64,000 bases of DNA from Klebsiella pneumoniae. GTDB taxonomy: Bacteria; Myxococcota_A; UBA796; SXON01. Numbering within the stretch: the first letter of the stretch is position 1; every line of letters begins with the position of its first letter. Made by a program: the position numbers and the translations under genes. Below the pieces are notes generated by a model. That model saw only the letters and a program-made list of their open reading frames with translations. It did no database searches and was not told where the DNA came from. Positions 57,594 through 64,000 of the stretch are shown here, piece by piece. The stretch spans positions 36,858 through 100,857 of the forward strand of contig CAMAWH010000015.1 in assembly GCA_945861635.1 (NCBI GenBank), read 5' to 3'.

Positions 57594-58688
57594 CTATCGC
57601 CCTTCCACGGCCTTGAGCGCTTCCGCCTGGAAATACGAGGTCACGCCGGTGATCAGCTCGTCCATGTCTCCTGTGACGATGGCCTCGAGCTTGTACAACG
57701 TGAGCGTCGAGCCGTCGGTCGTGGTCACGCGGTGATCGGTGACGCGATTCTGCGGGTAGTTGTACGTGCGAATTCGTTCAGAACGATCGCCACTTCCAAC
57801 CTGTGATTTCCTGTCCGCTGCCTCCGCGGCGTCACGTTCCGAACGTTCCTTCTCCAGCAAGCGGGCGCCAAGCACCTTCATCGCCTTCGACTTGTTCTTC
57901 GTTTGTGACTTCTCGTCCTGACAGATGACCACCAGGCCCGTCGGCAGGTGGGTGATCCGGACGGCCGAATCCGTCGTGTTGACCGACTGCCCACCGGGAC
58001 CGCCGGCCCGGAAAACGTCAATTCGTAGGTCTTTGTCGCCGATTTTGATTTCGACCTCCTCGGGCTCGGGAAGGATGGCGACCGTGGCTGCGGACGTATG
58101 AATCCGGCCCTGTGTTTCCGTTGCGGGGACGCGTTGCACGCGATGGACACCGGCTTCGTACTTGAGGTAGCTGTACGCGGTATCGCCGATGAGCGAGGCA
58201 ATAATTTCTTTGTAGCCTCCTTGCGTGCCTCCGACGGTGACCTCGGAGGCCGACATGATCTCGAGGCGCCACCCCATTTTATCGGCGTATCGAGCGTACA
58301 TCCGGAAAAGATCGGAGGCGAAAAGTGCGGCTTCGTCTCCCCCGGTGCCTGCCCGAATTTCCAAAAGCAGCGGGCGACCTTCATAGGGGTCCCGCGGGAG
58401 CATCAGGAGCTTGAGATCCTGCTCCATCCGCGGGATGCGGGCGTCGAGGATCTCCTTTTCCATCAGCGCCATTTCCCGCATATCGGGGTCCGAGAGCAAC
58501 TCCGACAGTTGCTCACGCTCGGTCTCAGCCGCCTTCAGTTCCTCCACCAGTCCAGCCATACGCGAGACCTCCGAGTGTTCACGCGTCACGTCGCGAAAGC
58601 GCGTGCGGTTCCCGGAAAGGCTTGGATCCATGAGCTGACGGTTCAACTCATCGAGGCGACTCTGAAGCTCTTCGAGACGAAAAAACAT
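57594..58688 (-). CDS. prfA: peptide chain release factor 1
   Basis: EIRAGTGG, HRVQRVPATE (PxT), GGQ and RTYNYPQ motifs. Confidence 0.96.
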   Translation of the reverse strand: MFFRLEELQSRLDELNRQLMDPSLSGNRTRFRDVTREHSEVSRMAGLVEELKAAETEREQLSELLSDPDMREMALMEKEILDARIPRMEQDLKLLMLPRDPYEGRPLLLEIRAGTGGDEAALFASDLFRMYARYADKMGWRLEIMSASEVTVGGTQGGYKEIIASLIGDTAYSYLKYEAGVHRVQRVPATETQGRIHTSAATVAILPEPEEVEIKIGDKDLRIDVFRAGGPGGQSVNTTDSAVRITHLPTGLVVICQDEKSQTKNKSKAMKVLGARLLEKERSERDAAEAADRKSQVGSGDRSERIRTYNYPQNRVTDHRVTTTDGSTLTLYKLEAIVTGDMDELITGVTSYFQAEALKAVEGR

Positions 58689-58702
58689 GGGGCTCGGATG
58701 CA

Positions 58703-58736
58703 CGAAACCCCCGCAGGCGACAACGCCGACGGGGGC
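58703..58736 (-). terminator. possible intrinsic terminator after rpmE
   Basis: On the minus strand, a CCCCCG...CGGGGG GC-rich hairpin followed by a short TTTCGT tail. Confidence 0.45.
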
Positions 58737-58751
58737 CTCGGTGCGGTGCAG

Positions 58752-58997
58752 TTACTGCGGGATGTTGTATTTCTTGTTGAACTTGTCGATTCGGCCCGCC
58801 TGTGTTGCGGCCCGTTGCTTGCCCGTGTAGAACGGGTGCGAGGCGGACGAGCTATCTACGAATACGACGAAATGATCGACACCGTCGATGTTCTTCGTGG
58901 TCTTGCTGCTCATCGTCGAACGCGTCGGGAAGTCGGTGTTGGAACCGGAATCGACGAAGACGACGTTGTTGAGTTGGGGATGGATGCCGGACTTCAT
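58752..58997 (-). CDS. rpmE: 50S ribosomal protein L31, type B (no zinc-binding Cys)
   Basis: MKSGIHP...VVFVD...TRST...[12 protein letters not shown]...[10 protein letters not shown]; no Cys. Confidence 0.92.
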   Translation of the reverse strand: MKSGIHPQLNNVVFVDSGSNTDFPTRSTMSSKTTKNIDGVDHFVVFVDSSSASHPFYTGKQRAATQAGRIDKFNKKYNIPQ

Positions 58998-59050
58998 GGC
59001 GCTTTCCTCTACGGGGTCGGGCCGCGTTCTTACTCGATGGCGCGCCATTG

Positions 59051-60070
59051 TCAAGCGCGGCGTCGAACCCGAACCGCAGTGACGACGCCGTCGTCGACCT
59101 CAATGCGCGCGTTCTCGAGACCTGCGAGTTCCTCCGCGAGTGGGTCGGGCGTGTCGAGCACCCCGAAGAGCGTCAGACTGCCGCCGCCTTCGACAGCACG
59201 CGCGCTCGCGAGCAGCTTCCGAACGCTGCGGAGGGCCGCGACGTCGACGCCGGCGACGACTCGTCCGTTTGCCGGTGCTACGGCGTGCGCCGCCCGGACG
59301 TACCGACTGAGGGAATCCACAAGCAGAGCGACGTCCTGACGGGCCTCCACGCGGCGCCGTACGCGCTCGGCCACGATTTCAAGCACCTGAACGTGACGGG
59401 AATCCGCCTCGTCGAACGTGGTCGCAGCGACCTCTCCCGGGATGGTCCGACGCAGCTCCGGAACGTCTTCGGGGCGTTCGGCCACGAGGACGGTGAAGAT
59501 CGATATCCCCGACAGCGTGCCCAGATTCGCCGCAATTTGCCGTAGCGCGGTGGTTCTTCCCGATCCCGGCCGCCCCGTGATCAGGACGCGCGCGCCGAAG
59601 CAGAGGGGAGCCTGAGCGGCGAGTCCGGCGTCCCAACCGACCATGGGTCGCGTCGGCGGGGCCGCGACGAGATGATCGAAAAGTACTTTTTCCCGGCTTC
59701 CGTCAGCGGAGTCTCCGTTGATCCGTTCGACCTTGATCAGCGCGAAATACCGCTCATTTTCCTTGGGCGCACGAACCTGACCACCGACTGTATCTCCCGT
59801 ACGCAGATTGAAACGGCGTATTTGTGAGGGTGATACGTACACGTCGTCGGCTCCGGGCGCGTAGCCGAACTCGGGTGCACGAAGAAATCCGAAGCCGTCC
59901 GGCAGGATTTCCAGCACGCCCTCACCTTCCGCGTTTTGCTCCCGCATCATCATCTGCGCGACCAATTCCTGCGCGGAGAGTCCGGCCGCGTTGTCCACGC
60001 CGGCATGGCGGGCCCGGGCAACCAGCTCGGATTGCGACATGGAGCGCAGTTGGGCGGGGTCGGTCGGCAT
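59051..60070 (-). CDS. rho: Rho transcription termination factor homolog with degenerate, truncated ATPase domain
   Basis: Intact [33 protein letters not shown] and ERYFAL. Walker A reads GSGRT; KGTGN and SGTRKE are absent; about 339 aa. Confidence 0.8.
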   Translation of the reverse strand: MPTDPAQLRSMSQSELVARARHAGVDNAAGLSAQELVAQMMMREQNAEGEGVLEILPDGFGFLRAPEFGYAPGADDVYVSPSQIRRFNLRTGDTVGGQVRAPKENERYFALIKVERINGDSADGSREKVLFDHLVAAPPTRPMVGWDAGLAAQAPLCFGARVLITGRPGSGRTTALRQIAANLGTLSGISIFTVLVAERPEDVPELRRTIPGEVAATTFDEADSRHVQVLEIVAERVRRRVEARQDVALLVDSLSRYVRAAHAVAPANGRVVAGVDVAALRSVRKLLASARAVEGGGSLTLFGVLDTPDPLAEELAGLENARIEVDDGVVTAVRVRRRA

Positions 60071-60071
60071 G

Positions 60072-60380
60072 TCAGACGCCGAAGGCATCCTTGAGAAGCA
60101 TCAACAGAGCAGGGTCGTTTGTTTTGAATTTTCCGCGGGCGATGTCGATCGGGCCGGGCGCCTTTCCGCGGGCAATCAAGGCCTCAAACACCGCGGGGTC
60201 ACTTTTGACGACGCAGTCGGCGTTCTCAATCTTGCCTTCGACCACCTCACATGCCGTGGGGCCGATGCGCAAGGAGAATTTGTCAGGGCCTACCGAAAAA
60301 TAGTAGCTGACGTTTCGGTTGACCTTTCCAGCGCGGAAACGGCTCGGGAAGGCACTGAGGAGTTCTGCGGTCGTGGGCAT
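60072..60380 (-). CDS. SCP2 sterol/lipid-binding domain protein
   Basis: V.EGK.ENADCVV..D...F...IARGK...GKFKTND..LL motif pattern. Confidence 0.65.
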   Translation of the reverse strand: MPTTAELLSAFPSRFRAGKVNRNVSYYFSVGPDKFSLRIGPTACEVVEGKIENADCVVKSDPAVFEALIARGKAPGPIDIARGKFKTNDPALLMLLKDAFGV

Positions 60381-60390
60381 GCCGGCGAGT

Positions 60391-60702
60391 CTACGCCGTG
60401 GCGTCGGCTGCGGCTACGTCCGCGAGTTCGCTGCCCGCTTCGACGCGCGCCCCGGTGGCGATGGCCCGACGCGTTCGCTTCGCGAGCAACCCCTGTTCTT
60501 GCAGCGCCTCCCGCAACGCCCGGGTGGCGCCGGCCGCTTCTTCGCAGGCCAGGGATTCGGCGATATCCGTCCACCAAAGGTCGCGCTCACGCAGGGCAAG
60601 GCGATTTGCGATGACGGCGCCGCGGAGGCGCGCGCTGCCCAAGTTCGGCGCGGCGTCCAGCCTCCGGAGCAGGTCAGCGAGCTCTTCTCGGTCAGCGTCC
60701 AT
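60391..60702 (-). CDS. hypothetical protein
   Basis: GAGG upstream of the ATG; helical, charged ORF divergent from ligA. Confidence 0.5.
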   Translation of the reverse strand: MDADREELADLLRRLDAAPNLGSARLRGAVIANRLALRERDLWWTDIAESLACEEAAGATRALREALQEQGLLAKRTRRAIATGARVEAGSELADVAAADATA

Positions 60703-60748
60703 CCGAACCTCGGGCGTCGAGGGTATCACATCGGCTTGCCACGGTTAA

Positions 60749-63519
<2,771 letters not shown>

Positions 63520-63522
63520 TGG

Positions 63523-64000
63523 CTAAAAAGCGGCGCCCACCCAGCCGGATAGACTGGTGCGAAACCCGAGCGAGCCGTCCACCCCGGCAATCAGGCGCCC
63601 GCGCCGTGCCGGCCGCCCCGCGAGCGGCTCAGAAAGGAACAGGATGCCGCCCACGACTTCTCCCGGCAGCATGGGCTCGAGCGTGAGCGTAAGCGCTCCG
63701 TCCAAAACGACATCTTGCTCGACAGACCAGGGGATAGCGCAGAGGCCGATCCACGCGACCACGTTGTCGGCCGTGCTTCCGGTTCCTACCGTGAGGCCGA
63801 CGTCCACCTCGGTACGGGTGGACGATTCGCTTCCCGCCTTCGTTTCCGAGTGACTCAGTCCGGCCCACGCGTCCACGGACAGCGTTGGCGTAACCGCGAA
63901 GCCCGATTGGAGGCCGCCGGCGATCGCCCACCCTTCACCACCCGTCGATGCGCCTGAAAGCGTGTCGGCAGCGTGGTCAACCCGGGCGTACGCTCCGAGC
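63523..64000 (-). CDS. partial probable outer-membrane beta-barrel protein (5' end outside window)
   Basis: Frame is open to the window edge; alternating beta-strand pattern; C-terminal ...SGWVGAAF with terminal Phe. Confidence 0.5.
   Translation of the reverse strand, partial: LGAYARVDHAADTLSGASTGGEGWAIAGGLQSGFAVTPTLSVDAWAGLSHSETKAGSESSTRTEVDVGLTVGTGSTADNVVAWIGLCAIPWSVEQDVVLDGALTLTLEPMLPGEVVGGILFLSEPLAGRPARRGRLIAGVDGSLGFRTSLSGWVGAAF

Noticed and set aside
58752-58997. Zinc-starvation (Zur-regulated) L31 paralog
   Set aside because: It sits at the core rho-prfA locus and I see no Zur box; it is probably the main L31.
58998-59110. Frameshift that would restore a full-length Rho C-terminus
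   Set aside because: Too little sequence remains before rpmE, and the degeneration is spread across the whole ATPase domain.

Overview
A GC-rich bacterial chromosomal window, gene-dense and mostly housekeeping. The mevalonate pathway, the many Cys/Asp-rich lipoproteins, CotH/lamin-tail/Kelch/FG-GAP proteins and the rho-rpmE-prfA-prmC order suggest a Myxococcota/deltaproteobacterial lineage (inference). Recognisable blocks are: nadE, trpS, a sigma-70 factor, mpl, dsbD, hslO, a mevalonate cluster (HMG-CoA reductase, mvk, mvaD, phosphomevalonate kinase, fni), an Opp/Dpp ABC transporter, chrA, an acetylornithine-carbamoyltransferase-type arg cluster, prmC/prfA/rpmE and ligA. I saw no rRNA, tRNA, CRISPR array, transposase or integrase. 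Best leads: (1) a DUF1611-like P-loop protein inside an arg operon that has no argA/argJ, a candidate new N-acetylglutamate-forming enzyme; (2) two convergent uncharacterised enzyme cassettes, DUF3419 + heme-oxygenase-like diiron enzyme + GNAT, and class III aminotransferase + LuxE + LuxC + PhhA; (3) a Rho at the canonical locus with an intact RNA-binding domain but a degenerate, truncated ATPase; (4) an ArsC/Spx-family UxxC selenoprotein with a SECIS-like hairpin that the ORF track cuts short; (5) an exact 36-bp duplication of the trpS 5' end around a palindromic insert; (6) a prenyltransferase lacking both DDxxD motifs. All family calls come from motifs read by eye, not from database searches, and start codons are best estimates.
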